Positions 56,551-64,000 of a stretch of 64,000 nucleotides of DNA are shown here, one piece after another. How positions within the stretch are numbered: position 1 is the first letter of the stretch; the number at the start of each line of letters is the position of its first letter. The stretch is from an uncultured Treponema sp. (GTDB taxonomy: Bacteria > Spirochaetota > Spirochaetia > Treponematales > Treponemataceae): NCBI GenBank assembly GCA_937916055.1, contig CALGHP010000065.1, forward strand, positions 4,459 to 68,458, written 5' to 3'. The position numbers and the translations under genes are program-made. Under the pieces are notes generated by a model, which was not told the origin of the DNA, ran no database searches, and saw nothing but the letters and a program-made list of their open reading frames with translations.

Positions 56551-57834
56551 ATGGATTTCCGGTTGAAATATTTGTCCTTTTATCTTATTTTATTGGTTAT
56601 GGCTGAAGAGATGGGGTCTGACGAGAAACTGCAGAAGATAATCGAGCTTGAGAAGAAGCTCGGCGAGATTCAGGACGTGGATGTCCTGCTTGAGCGCATA
56701 CTGACGGAGATAAGGAAATTCGTCAATGCGGATGCCGGCTCGATTTATGTGGCCGAGGGGACAAGACTCAAGATAAAGTACGGACAGAATGACACGCGCC
56801 TGAAGGAGCTTGCTCCCGGCGAGAAGCTGCCGTATACGTGTTTTTCTTTTCCTATAGATGAGAAATCGATCGCAGGCTATGTCGCCTGCAGCGGAAGGCC
56901 TCTTAACATAAAGGACGCTTACCGGATTCCTGCCTCCAGACCCTATAAATTCAACAGACAGACGGATCTTACCACCGACTACAGGACTAAATCAATCTAC
57001 ACGATTCCGCTTAAAATGGCCAACGGGACTCTTCTGGGTGTCCTGCAGATAATAAATGTGAAGGACAGCAGCGGAAAGGTAGTTTGCTTTGATGATGAGG
57101 ATGAGCTCATAATTACACATTTCGCCGCGGCCGCGGTGCAGGCTCTTCAACATTCTTATCTGACAAGCAACATGGTCCGCCGTATGCTCAAGATGGCTGA
57201 ATTCCGTGATCCCAAGGAGACGTATCACCATGTGCAGCGCGTGTCGTCATATTCGCTTGAGATTTATGACAGATGGGCGTTCAACCACAATATTCCGGAG
57301 ACGGAGCAGCACAGATACCGTGACACGCTGAAAATAGCCGCCAAATTCCATGATGTCGGAAAGGTCGGCATATCCGACGTGATTCTTAAGAAGAAATTCC
57401 CGCGTTTCACGGAGGAGGAGCGCAACATAATGAAAGGGCATACCTGTATCGGAGCGCAGCTGTTTGAGCCGCCGGAATCTTTTCTTGACGAGATGTCAAG
57501 GGATGTGGCGCTTCACCATCACGACAGATGGGACGGCGGCGAGACAGGCTATCCGGGAAGAATAGATCTTTCGGAGTTCTCCATAGAGGAGGGGCTTCCG
57601 CCCGGAGCGAGGATTTCCGGAAATGAGATTCCGCTTTGCGCGAGGATTGTCGCCGTCGCCGACGTGTTCGACGCGTTGAGCCACAGGCGCTGTTATAAGG
57701 AGGCTTGGAGCATGGACGACGCATTCAACGAGATTCAGGTGAATGCCGGAACGCAGTTTGACCCCGAGGTCGTCCTTGCGTTCATGCAGGTGAGGGACAG
57801 GATATGCTCAATTCAGGTGGAATATCCGGACTGA
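56551..57834 (+). CDS. GAF-domain / HD-GYP-domain protein (probable c-di-GMP phosphodiesterase)
   Basis: HD...HDVGK...HHHDRWDGGETGYPG motifs. N-terminal GAF. Start uncertain (56551, 56599 or 56611). Confidence 0.8.
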   Translation: MDFRLKYLSFYLILLVMAEEMGSDEKLQKIIELEKKLGEIQDVDVLLERILTEIRKFVNADAGSIYVAEGTRLKIKYGQNDTRLKELAPGEKLPYTCFSFPIDEKSIAGYVACSGRPLNIKDAYRIPASRPYKFNRQTDLTTDYRTKSIYTIPLKMANGTLLGVLQIINVKDSSGKVVCFDDEDELIITHFAAAAVQALQHSYLTSNMVRRMLKMAEFRDPKETYHHVQRVSSYSLEIYDRWAFNHNIPETEQHRYRDTLKIAAKFHDVGKVGISDVILKKKFPRFTEEERNIMKGHTCIGAQLFEPPESFLDEMSRDVALHHHDRWDGGETGYPGRIDLSEFSIEEGLPPGARISGNEIPLCARIVAVADVFDALSHRRCYKEAWSMDDAFNEIQVNAGTQFDPEVVLAFMQVRDRICSIQVEYPD

Positions 57835-58289
57835 GCCGCATCCAGCAGTTTTCCTGTCATCCTGTCGAAATTCGCCCTGAATCGCTCCATGTTTCCGGGA
57901 TTGTGCTTTCTCCGTGTCTTCTTGACTATTCCAGCCTCCGCAAGCTGAAGACTCAGCTCCCGCTCCGCAAGCAGGATTTCCATGTCTTCTGCGGAGAATA
58001 CAGTACCCGAATCGTTCATAACCGCAATATGCCTTCGGACAAGCCTGTCCGCAAACAGCAGGTCCCGGGTGATTACAAGGTCATTGTCCTGGACGTTCTC
58101 ATATATGATATTGTCGGCCGAGTCCTTTCCCGGCCGTGAGACTATGAATTCTATTTTATCTGATTTTTTTACGGTGAGTCCCCTGTTCGCGACGAATTTC
58201 AGCCGGATGTCGATTTGTTCTGTCCTTCTCTCCGCATAGTTCCGGACCGGAGCCGGACAGGAGTCGGCGTCAATCCATACGGTTATCAT
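57813..58289 (-). CDS. YaiI/YqxD-family protein (DUF188)
   Basis: N-terminus ITVWIDADSCP is typical of UPF0178. Confidence 0.8.
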   Translation of the reverse strand: MITVWIDADSCPAPVRNYAERRTEQIDIRLKFVANRGLTVKKSDKIEFIVSRPGKDSADNIIYENVQDNDLVITRDLLFADRLVRRHIAVMNDSGTVFSAEDMEILLAERELSLQLAEAGIVKKTRRKHNPGNMERFRANFDRMTGKLLDAAQSGYST

Positions 58290-58290
58290 T

Positions 58291-58611
58291 TCAATCCAGG
58301 ACTCCGTCTATCCGCCTTATCATGTCCAGCGTATGCTGCTCAACTTCCTCGCTTTCCGGAGTGGATAAGGGATTCTGCTTGACATCACCGTCCTGTTCGC
58401 ATATATTTCTTGATTTTTCTTTGTACAGCTCGTCGCAAAGCATTATTCCCGCAAGAATCGAAATCTGTACGGGATTCTTCACCTTGTTTCCTTTCTGAAT
58501 GTCATCGGTTATTCTCTTGTAATAGCCGAGCAGTCTGTCGAGATATTCGGTGTCCTCATTGCCCTGAACTGTGAATGATGTTCCGAGCATATTTATTTTC
58601 AGGGTACCCAT
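58291..58611 (-). CDS. zapA: cell division protein ZapA
   Basis: Small protein with N-terminus LKINMLGTSFTVQGNEDTEYL and a helical C-terminus. ATG shares its A with the stop of the upstream gene (TGATG). Confidence 0.75.
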   Translation of the reverse strand: MGTLKINMLGTSFTVQGNEDTEYLDRLLGYYKRITDDIQKGNKVKNPVQISILAGIMLCDELYKEKSRNICEQDGDVKQNPLSTPESEEVEQHTLDMIRRIDGVLD

Positions 58612-59168
58612 CAGAATATGTCGAATCCCAGATTTTCCTGGCCGTCGTCAGTATCCTCCGGAATATCAGCTTCTCCTGGGAAATCCTGTTCCGGGCTGTC
58701 CTGCTCATAAGACTGCTGATATGCGGCGGTGCTGTATTCCTGAGCGGGAGTCTGCGTCACCTGAGATTCCGCTGACTGCCGGGGAAAATTTTCACTGTAT
58801 GCCGGTTCCGCAGGCGGCTCGCCGGAGACATCCGTATGCTCCTGCTGCGGCACCGCGGAATTCGTATCCGCAACCGGCGGCTCCTGTGCATATACGGTTG
58901 AATTCTGCGGCTGAACTGCGCTGCCGGCCGCATCAAGAACAGAATTTTCTATTGCTGCGAGCCGGTCGAGCGCTTTAAGTATTCCGTTCTCGATCCTGCT
59001 CTGATCCTGCTCAAAAGTCGAGAGTTGCTCCGACTTGCTTGAAAGCGCATTTGTGAGCTCTGAACATTTGCTGCGCAGAGCATCGTTTTCAGCCTGCAGC
59101 TGCTGAATTTTCTCAACAGCCCTCTCTACTTTTTCTTCAAGAAGTAAAACCTGATCGAGTGAAATCAT
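58611..59168 (-). CDS. coiled-coil protein (ZapB/DivIVA-like) with Q/P/E-rich tail
   Basis: Heptad-rich N-terminus (LLLEEKVERAVEKIQQLQAENDALRSK). Position directly upstream of zapA. Confidence 0.5.
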   Translation of the reverse strand: MISLDQVLLLEEKVERAVEKIQQLQAENDALRSKCSELTNALSSKSEQLSTFEQDQSRIENGILKALDRLAAIENSVLDAAGSAVQPQNSTVYAQEPPVADTNSAVPQQEHTDVSGEPPAEPAYSENFPRQSAESQVTQTPAQEYSTAAYQQSYEQDSPEQDFPGEADIPEDTDDGQENLGFDIF

Positions 59169-59171
59169 AAC

Positions 59172-59531
59172 TTATGCCTTCAGCGCGTTTTTTGCTGACT
59201 CAACGACAGCCTTGAATGCCGCCGGATCCTCAATGGCCATATTTGACAGAGCCTTGCGGTTCAGTTTTATTCCGGCCTTGTTCACACCGTCGATGAAGCG
59301 GGAATATGTAAGTCCCTCGTCTCTTACCGCCGCATTTATACGTGCAATCCAGAGTGAGCGGAATTCATGCTTCCTGTCACGGCGGTCAACATAAGCGTGG
59401 CTGAGCGCCTTTACGACAGCATCCTTCGCCGGCTTATAGTTCGATTTGCGGTCGCCTCTGAATCCTTTTGCAAGCTTAAGGATTTTTACACGGCGGTTCT
59501 TTCTTTTTGTTCCGTCTATTGCTCTTGACAT
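59172..59531 (-). CDS. rplT: 50S ribosomal protein L20
   Basis: Typical L20 sequence ([18 protein letters not shown]...). Confidence 0.97.
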   Translation of the reverse strand: MSRAIDGTKRKNRRVKILKLAKGFRGDRKSNYKPAKDAVVKALSHAYVDRRDRKHEFRSLWIARINAAVRDEGLTYSRFIDGVNKAGIKLNRKALSNMAIEDPAAFKAVVESAKNALKA

Positions 59532-59544
59532 TTTCTACACCTCA

Positions 59545-59745
59545 TTAACCGTATGGAAGCATCTGCTTGCGGATTTTCTTCGCATCAGCTTCTGCAAGAA
59601 TACCGGCAGCGCGGAGCTGTCTCTTTCTTTTCGGTGAACGCTTTGTCAGTATATGGCGAAGGTTCATCTTCTTGTGCTTTACTTTGCCGGTGCCGGTCAG
59701 CGAATAACGCTTGGCAGCGGACTTCTTTGTCTTCATCTTAGGCAT
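59545..59745 (-). CDS. rpmI: 50S ribosomal protein L35
   Basis: MPKMKTKKSAAKRY... Confidence 0.95.
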   Translation of the reverse strand: MPKMKTKKSAAKRYSLTGTGKVKHKKMNLRHILTKRSPKRKRQLRAAGILAEADAKKIRKQMLPYG

Positions 59746-59760
59746 TTTTTCAAACCTCTG

Positions 59761-60294
59761 TTATTTTTGGGCTTTTGCTGAAATTGTCATGGACATATTT
59801 CTTCCGTCCATTGCGGCCGGTTTTTCCATGACATACGCCGAAGTAAGCCTTTTCAGAACTTCATTCAGAACATCAAAACCGAGTTCCGTGTGCGCAAGCT
59901 CCCGTCCGCGGAAACGGATCGTGACCTTGACCTTGCAGCCCTCGTCAAGAAATTCCTGTATATGTTTCGCTTTCGTGTCAAGGTCGCCTGAGCCGATTTT
60001 CGGCTGCATACGAATCTCCTTGAGTTTCAATACTTTCTGGTTCTTCTTGGAGTCACGGAGCTTTTTCTCCTGTTCAAACCTGTATTTTCCGAAATCAAGT
60101 ATCTTGCACACCGGCGGATTTGCATTCGGTGAAACTTCAACAAGGTCGAGCTCCCGCTCTTTCGCCATCCTGAGCGCCTCCAGCGTGGGTACAATTCCCT
60201 GCTGGGTTCCCTCATCGTCTATAAGCCTGACCTCACGCACACGGATCTGTTCATTTATCCGCTGCCCCTTATTGTTGTTGTTACTGTATGCCAA
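59761..60294 (-). CDS. infC: translation initiation factor IF-3 (non-AUG, TTG start)
   Basis: [17 protein letters not shown]... The TTG sits directly after an in-frame TAG, with GGAGG 4 nt upstream. No in-frame ATG lies upstream of the conserved N-terminus. Confidence 0.93.
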   Translation of the reverse strand: MAYSNNNNKGQRINEQIRVREVRLIDDEGTQQGIVPTLEALRMAKERELDLVEVSPNANPPVCKILDFGKYRFEQEKKLRDSKKNQKVLKLKEIRMQPKIGSGDLDTKAKHIQEFLDEGCKVKVTIRFRGRELAHTELGFDVLNEVLKRLTSAYVMEKPAAMDGRNMSMTISAKAQK

Positions 60295-60413
60295 CTATCC
60301 TCCTAGTGTTCTGTGACACCCTTATCATATAGCGTATCAGGCATTATATATTAAATTCCCCCGGAATGTCTATAATGAATCCGTAAAGTTTTTCCGATTT
60401 CGGCCGATACGGT

Positions 60414-60441
60414 TTGAATGTCCCCCGTTTTCTGATATATT
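60414..60441 (+). promoter_or_regulatory. promoter TTGAAT-16-(TG)TATATT, 8 nt upstream of the ATG at 60450
   Basis: Hexamers at 60414-60419 and 60436-60441, with TG at 60433-60434. No SD. Confidence 0.5.
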
Positions 60442-60449
60442 CATTGATT

Positions 60450-61460
60450 ATGGCTGAATTCATCTCGACGTTCACAACAGGTTTTTCTGACGTTGTCGCC
60501 GCGGCGCTTCCGTCGCTTCTCCGTGGAGCCGGAGTGCTGTCCGTATACGACGGTCTTGTGCACTATAAATTCAACGGCAATCCGCGTGACATAGAGAAAA
60601 TCCGATTTTTCAACAATACTTTTTTCGTAATCGCGGTTTTCCATGGAAAGAAGCGCAGTTTTCCCGCCATGGTTTCGGAGGTGGCTGCCGGAAATCACTA
60701 TTACCTCATCAGCCGCGGAAAATTCCGGATCCGTTTTGTGTCTGAAAACAGGTTCGTCCATGTGCCTCAGGATCTTGTGAGACGCGCGGAGTCTGCGGTG
60801 ACAAGAAATTCGCGTCTTTCGGTTGACCGCGTGAATCCGGGGACGGAAATATGGTATGACATAAGGAGGGAGGGATTCGCATTCTGCGGCGAGCTGATCT
60901 CGAAGCGTGTCTTTACCGAGAAGAATCTCGCGAAAGGCGAGCTGCGTCCTGAATTCGCATATCTTATGTGCCTCTATGCTGAGGTCAGGGAAGATGACGT
61001 CGCCGCAGATCCTTTCGCGGGCTCAGGTGCGATTCCTGTCCAGCTGGCGCGGAATTTCCGTTTCCGCCGCCTGTATGCCGGAGATGTCGACGGCGCCAAA
61101 ATTCCGGCGCTTGAGAAGAGGCTGGTCCGCGGAGGATGTGATTATGTGGAGGTTCTCAGATGGGACGCCATGTCGCTCGCGCAGATTCCTGACGGCGCGC
61201 TTAGCCTTGTAATAACTGATCCGCCGTGGGGTTTTTATGAGGAAGTCGGCGACATGAAGAGATTCTGCCTCGATATGTTCGCGTCTTTCCGCCGTGTGCT
61301 CCGACCTGACGGCCGGATGGTGATACTTTCCGCAAGAACGGAGGAAATCGAGGCCGCCGCCGCTGAGTCCGGAGTTTCCGTGGTCTCGTCGGTTCAGACA
61401 CTTGTGAACGGACGGAAGGCCTCCGTTTACAGAATGCGCTTTGAGCCGTTGCAGCAGTGA
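60450..61460 (+). CDS. THUMP-like / class I SAM-dependent methyltransferase with DPPW motif (probable RNA m2G/m6A methylase)
   Basis: SAM motif DPFAGSGAI and motif IV VITDPPWG. ATG at 60450 (the listed 60414 is TTG). Confidence 0.75.
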   Translation: MAEFISTFTTGFSDVVAAALPSLLRGAGVLSVYDGLVHYKFNGNPRDIEKIRFFNNTFFVIAVFHGKKRSFPAMVSEVAAGNHYYLISRGKFRIRFVSENRFVHVPQDLVRRAESAVTRNSRLSVDRVNPGTEIWYDIRREGFAFCGELISKRVFTEKNLAKGELRPEFAYLMCLYAEVREDDVAADPFAGSGAIPVQLARNFRFRRLYAGDVDGAKIPALEKRLVRGGCDYVEVLRWDAMSLAQIPDGALSLVITDPPWGFYEEVGDMKRFCLDMFASFRRVLRPDGRMVILSARTEEIEAAAAESGVSVVSSVQTLVNGRKASVYRMRFEPLQQ

Positions 61461-61471
61461 CCTGCACGTAG

Positions 61472-61500
61472 CTGTCCCCTGCTGCCGTTCCTGGGGACAG
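61472..61500. terminator. hairpin between convergent genes (weak terminator candidate)
   Basis: CTGTCCCC (61472-61479) pairs with GGGGACAG (61493-61500). A short T-run follows after 6 nt. Confidence 0.4.
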
Positions 61501-61522
61501 TCCGGCTTTTGTGAGCCGTCCG

Positions 61523-62545
61523 TCATTCCATGAGAAGATATGCGGGATAGCGGACGCCGTTTTCTCCGGATGTGAGCAGATTCAGGGGAATTCCTGTTGC
61601 GGATTCTATTTTCTGGCGCAACGCTCCCGCCGTACCCGTTACAAGGCTGTCCACAAGTGTCTGCTTTCTTTCGTAGGTGAACACTTTTGTCCTGCAGCCG
61701 GGCAGATCTAGCTCATTCTCGGCAAGATCCCTCATCATGTTGTCCTTGCTGTCTATGCTGTCGATAAGGCCGTTCTCAAGCGCCTGTGCCGCGGTGTAGA
61801 TTCTTCCGTCAGCCAGCTCCCTTACCCTGCTGAAGCTGAGTCCGCGCCTTGCGACCACAATCGATACGAACTGCTCGTAACATTCGTCGGATATTTCCTG
61901 CATGATTTCCTTCTGCTCGTCCGTGAACGGCTCGTTCCAGTTCATCATGTTCTTGTTTTTTCCGGAATGGATTGTCTCGGACTTTATTCCGAGCTTCTCA
62001 AGAAAACCGGTCATGTCGAGCGACTGTCCGGATATTACGCCGATCGAGCCGGTCAGCGTGTTCCGGTTCGCGTATATCATGTCGGCCGCGCAGGCAATGT
62101 AATATCCGCCCGAAGCGGCCATCGGCCCCATATATGCGTAAATCTTCTTTCCCGCCGTCTTGTAGTCCTGAAGTGCGAGGTAAAGCTCGTCCGCCTGGTA
62201 GACGCCGCCGCCGGGCGAATTTATGTAGAGGGCCATCGCCACGTTTTTCGGGTCATCCCTGAGCTTTTCCGTCAGGGACAGGATCCACTGCTGGTTGTAG
62301 CGGTCGCCCTTCTCCTGGATTGTGCCCTCCACGTGGACTTCCGCGATGTAGGATTTGCCGCCGCGTTTCCTTGCCGCCGCTTTTGTCCGTCCGGCGCCGG
62401 GGGTTCGGTTTTCCTGACGGAATTCCCTTATGTGTGATTCCTCCGGCCGCATCCGTCCGGCGGTCAGCTCCAGCGCCGCAGCCGCGATTGACACGGCCAC
62501 GGTCACCGCAAGGACAATCAGTCCGCTGTTGAATTTCCTGTTCAT
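61523..62545 (-). CDS. sppA: signal peptide peptidase SppA (36K type)
   Basis: N-terminal TM; INSPGGGV and MAASGGYYIA motifs. The ATG at 62545 shares one base with the stop of the upstream gene (TAATG). Confidence 0.88.
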   Translation of the reverse strand: MNRKFNSGLIVLAVTVAVSIAAAALELTAGRMRPEESHIREFRQENRTPGAGRTKAAARKRGGKSYIAEVHVEGTIQEKGDRYNQQWILSLTEKLRDDPKNVAMALYINSPGGGVYQADELYLALQDYKTAGKKIYAYMGPMAASGGYYIACAADMIYANRNTLTGSIGVISGQSLDMTGFLEKLGIKSETIHSGKNKNMMNWNEPFTDEQKEIMQEISDECYEQFVSIVVARRGLSFSRVRELADGRIYTAAQALENGLIDSIDSKDNMMRDLAENELDLPGCRTKVFTYERKQTLVDSLVTGTAGALRQKIESATGIPLNLLTSGENGVRYPAYLLME

Positions 62546-63270
62546 TATCTGGTGAGATCCTCCGCTGTTATTTTTCCGGACTCGACCGCTTCCTTCATCA
62601 GCGCATGGTATACGTTTGTCATCGTCATGTTGTAGTAGGGGGAGAGGAAGATGAATCCTATTCCGAACGTCATTCCGGCAAGAACGGCCCATCCCAGGAA
62701 GCTCAGCATCGTGACGAAAATGTCGCCCTTGTGTCCCTGCGTTATTGTCTTGCTTATGCGCACGGCCTGGGCGACGGAGACATCCTTGTATTCCGCGATG
62801 ATGAATTCTGTCTGCGAGTATGCCACAGCCTTGACTATTCCCGGAATCACAAAGAGCATGGACCAGAAGAAAATCCAGAGCCACTGCCAGAGCGCCGCCA
62901 GAACCGCGCGTCCCCAGAGGTTCAGTCCTTCTATGAAGTCGCGGAACGATACCGGCTCCGGAGACCTTGACATCTTCAGGTAGACGGTTATCGCGGCCAT
63001 GGCGAGCACGGCCTCCACAAGCCAGCTTATTGTTGATGTAAGCGTGTCTCCTGCCGGAATTGAATCCGAGAACGCCATCAGGATGTCGCTTCCTGATGCC
63101 CCTTCCGCTATGAGTCCGGCGAAATCACCGGAGTTCATGAGAGCCATGTATCCGGGAACATTGAATATTGATGATATGAGCAATGTGAGCGCCGTGAACA
63201 GAATCGGAACTGCCCATCTTCCCTTCAGCTGCTGTTTTGCGAATGATTTGTACCTTTTCCTGTCGAACAT
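62545..63270 (-). CDS. DUF975-family membrane protein
   Basis: N-terminus FAKQQLKGRWAVPILFTAL and multi-pass topology are typical of DUF975. SD AAGGAGAAGG upstream. Confidence 0.75.
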   Translation of the reverse strand: MFDRKRYKSFAKQQLKGRWAVPILFTALTLLISSIFNVPGYMALMNSGDFAGLIAEGASGSDILMAFSDSIPAGDTLTSTISWLVEAVLAMAAITVYLKMSRSPEPVSFRDFIEGLNLWGRAVLAALWQWLWIFFWSMLFVIPGIVKAVAYSQTEFIIAEYKDVSVAQAVRISKTITQGHKGDIFVTMLSFLGWAVLAGMTFGIGFIFLSPYYNMTMTNVYHALMKEAVESGKITAEDLTR

Positions 63271-63450
63271 AATGTCCTTCTCCTTATGAAACTCCGCGTT
63301 AGCGGCGAGCCACGGATGGCGAGAATCACAGTCTGTGAAAGCGACGCTTGAGCAAACTGTGATGATAAAAATTACACGGATGTAAATTTTATCATGCCTC
63401 CTTCGCTTTTTTTTCTGTCCGGCATGATTCTCCGCCGGAATATCTTTTCT

Positions 63451-63478
63451 ATTATAATCCTATTCGCGATTACTTCAA
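63451..63478 (-). promoter_or_regulatory. sigma70-type promoter TTGAAG-16-TATAAT driving a ~170-nt leader of the DUF975-sppA genes
   Basis: On the minus strand, -35 is at 63478-63473 and -10 at 63456-63451. It overlaps the 3' end of the upstream CDS. Confidence 0.55.
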
Positions 63479-64000
63479 GGCGGTGTTCCCGTGTTCCGCA
63501 AGCATGTCCCTGTAATATCTCGGCTCAAGGTCGGATTCGGGAATTCCGCAGGCGGTGAACAGTGCTTTCTCGGCCGATTTTATCTTCGCGACGGTTCCGG
63601 CGTCGTTCTCCGTGCTGATTGTCTCTATCTCAAGGAAATCACCGAGCGGAGGGACGGAGCACAGCTCTATGTGGGCGGCTCCGGCCCCGGTCTCCGCTTT
63701 CCAGTGGTATACATCCTTCTCCTTTCTGAGGCTTATCCGCGCGCCGGCATCGGCAAGCAGGGCTTCCAGCGGCGCCGCATCTGAGACCATGCATTCCTGC
63801 TCGTCGTTCACTTCTACCGCGGGGCCGCCGTCTCCCTCCAGCAGCTGCTTCCGTTTGTATGTAAGGAAGATTTCGGTTCTTCCGTCCGTCCCTGTCTCTG
63901 TTCTTATCCTCGCGGATATGAAGCCTTCCGCACCCGTGACCGAGCCTGCCGGAATTTCGTAGTAGACGTCTTTTTTGTATGTGCGTCCGCAGAATTCAGC
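63470..64000 (-). CDS. CYTH-domain protein (CyaB-like class IV adenylate cyclase/triphosphatase family); 5' end outside window
   Basis: The frame stays open to base 64000, and the listed M at 63811 is an internal GTG. Sequence reads ARIRTE...IFLTYKRK...EIE. Confidence 0.65.
   Translation of the reverse strand, partial: AEFCGRTYKKDVYYEIPAGSVTGAEGFISARIRTETGTDGRTEIFLTYKRKQLLEGDGGPAVEVNDEQECMVSDAAPLEALLADAGARISLRKEKDVYHWKAETGAGAAHIELCSVPPLGDFLEIETISTENDAGTVAKIKSAEKALFTACGIPESDLEPRYYRDMLAEHGNTALK

Noticed and set aside
62546-62884. 5' extension of the SppA ORF (listed start 62884) overlapping the DUF975 gene
   Set aside because: The extension has no SppA similarity. The family N-terminus (TM helix MNRKFNSGLIVLAV) begins at the ATG at 62545, which is coupled to the upstream stop.
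63372-63395. 7-codon upstream ORF (MIKFTSV) in the DUF975 leader, preceded by AAGGAGG
   Set aside because: The SD core ends only 1 nt before the ATG, which is too close for canonical initiation. The sequence is better explained as part of the alternative stems.
1-64000. Search for tRNA/rRNA genes, CRISPR repeats, IS/transposase, integrase, phage or toxin-antitoxin/defence genes
   Set aside because: Intergenic regions are short. The longest are about 280, 200, 190 and 185 bp, and none shows tRNA-like T-arm/anticodon structure or repeat arrays. No ORF has transposase, integrase, RT or nuclease signatures that I can recognise.

Overview
Gene-dense 64-kb chromosomal segment with about 56 protein-coding genes on both strands. 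By eye I found no rRNA, tRNA, CRISPR array, IS element, prophage or recognisable defence module. Gene content is mostly housekeeping: purL (3' part), pyk, serS, smc, a DEAD-box helicase, thrA, a DAHP-synthase/prephenate-dehydratase fusion, ilvN, feoAAB, an ABC-F ATPase, queA, clpB, infC-rpmI-rplT, zapA and sppA. It also encodes two chemoreceptors, envelope lipoproteins, a GH95 glycosidase and a GAF/HD-GYP protein. Source is unknown; a Treponema-like spirochaete is only a low-confidence guess from gene content. Many ORF-track starts were trimmed to internal ATGs using N-terminal family conservation, SD sequences and promoter boxes.

Main second-look items:
1. A tightly coupled six-gene minus-strand operon (46441->39535). 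A specialised NusG paralog leads it, followed by a CapD/PglF-like dehydratase, a DegT/PglE-like aminotransferase and a three-subunit xanthine-dehydrogenase-family complex. The large subunit seems to lack the canonical Moco motifs.
2. A roughly 10-fold excess of the palindromes GAATTC/GGAATTCC and TCCGGA throughout the window.
3. A recurrent arrangement of strong -10 boxes 5-9 nt upstream of ATGs without SD, suggesting leaderless mRNAs.
4. A DtxR-type half-site inverted repeat over the feo promoter, with a small DtxR-family regulator 3 kb upstream.
5. A long 5' leader with mutually exclusive stems upstream of the DUF975-sppA genes.
6. Unusual linkages: a PtsN-like EIIA next to a pyruvate kinase carrying a PEP-utilizer domain, and thrA + DAHPS-PDT fusion + an orphan ilvN.

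All functional calls come from motif recognition by eye. No searches were run.
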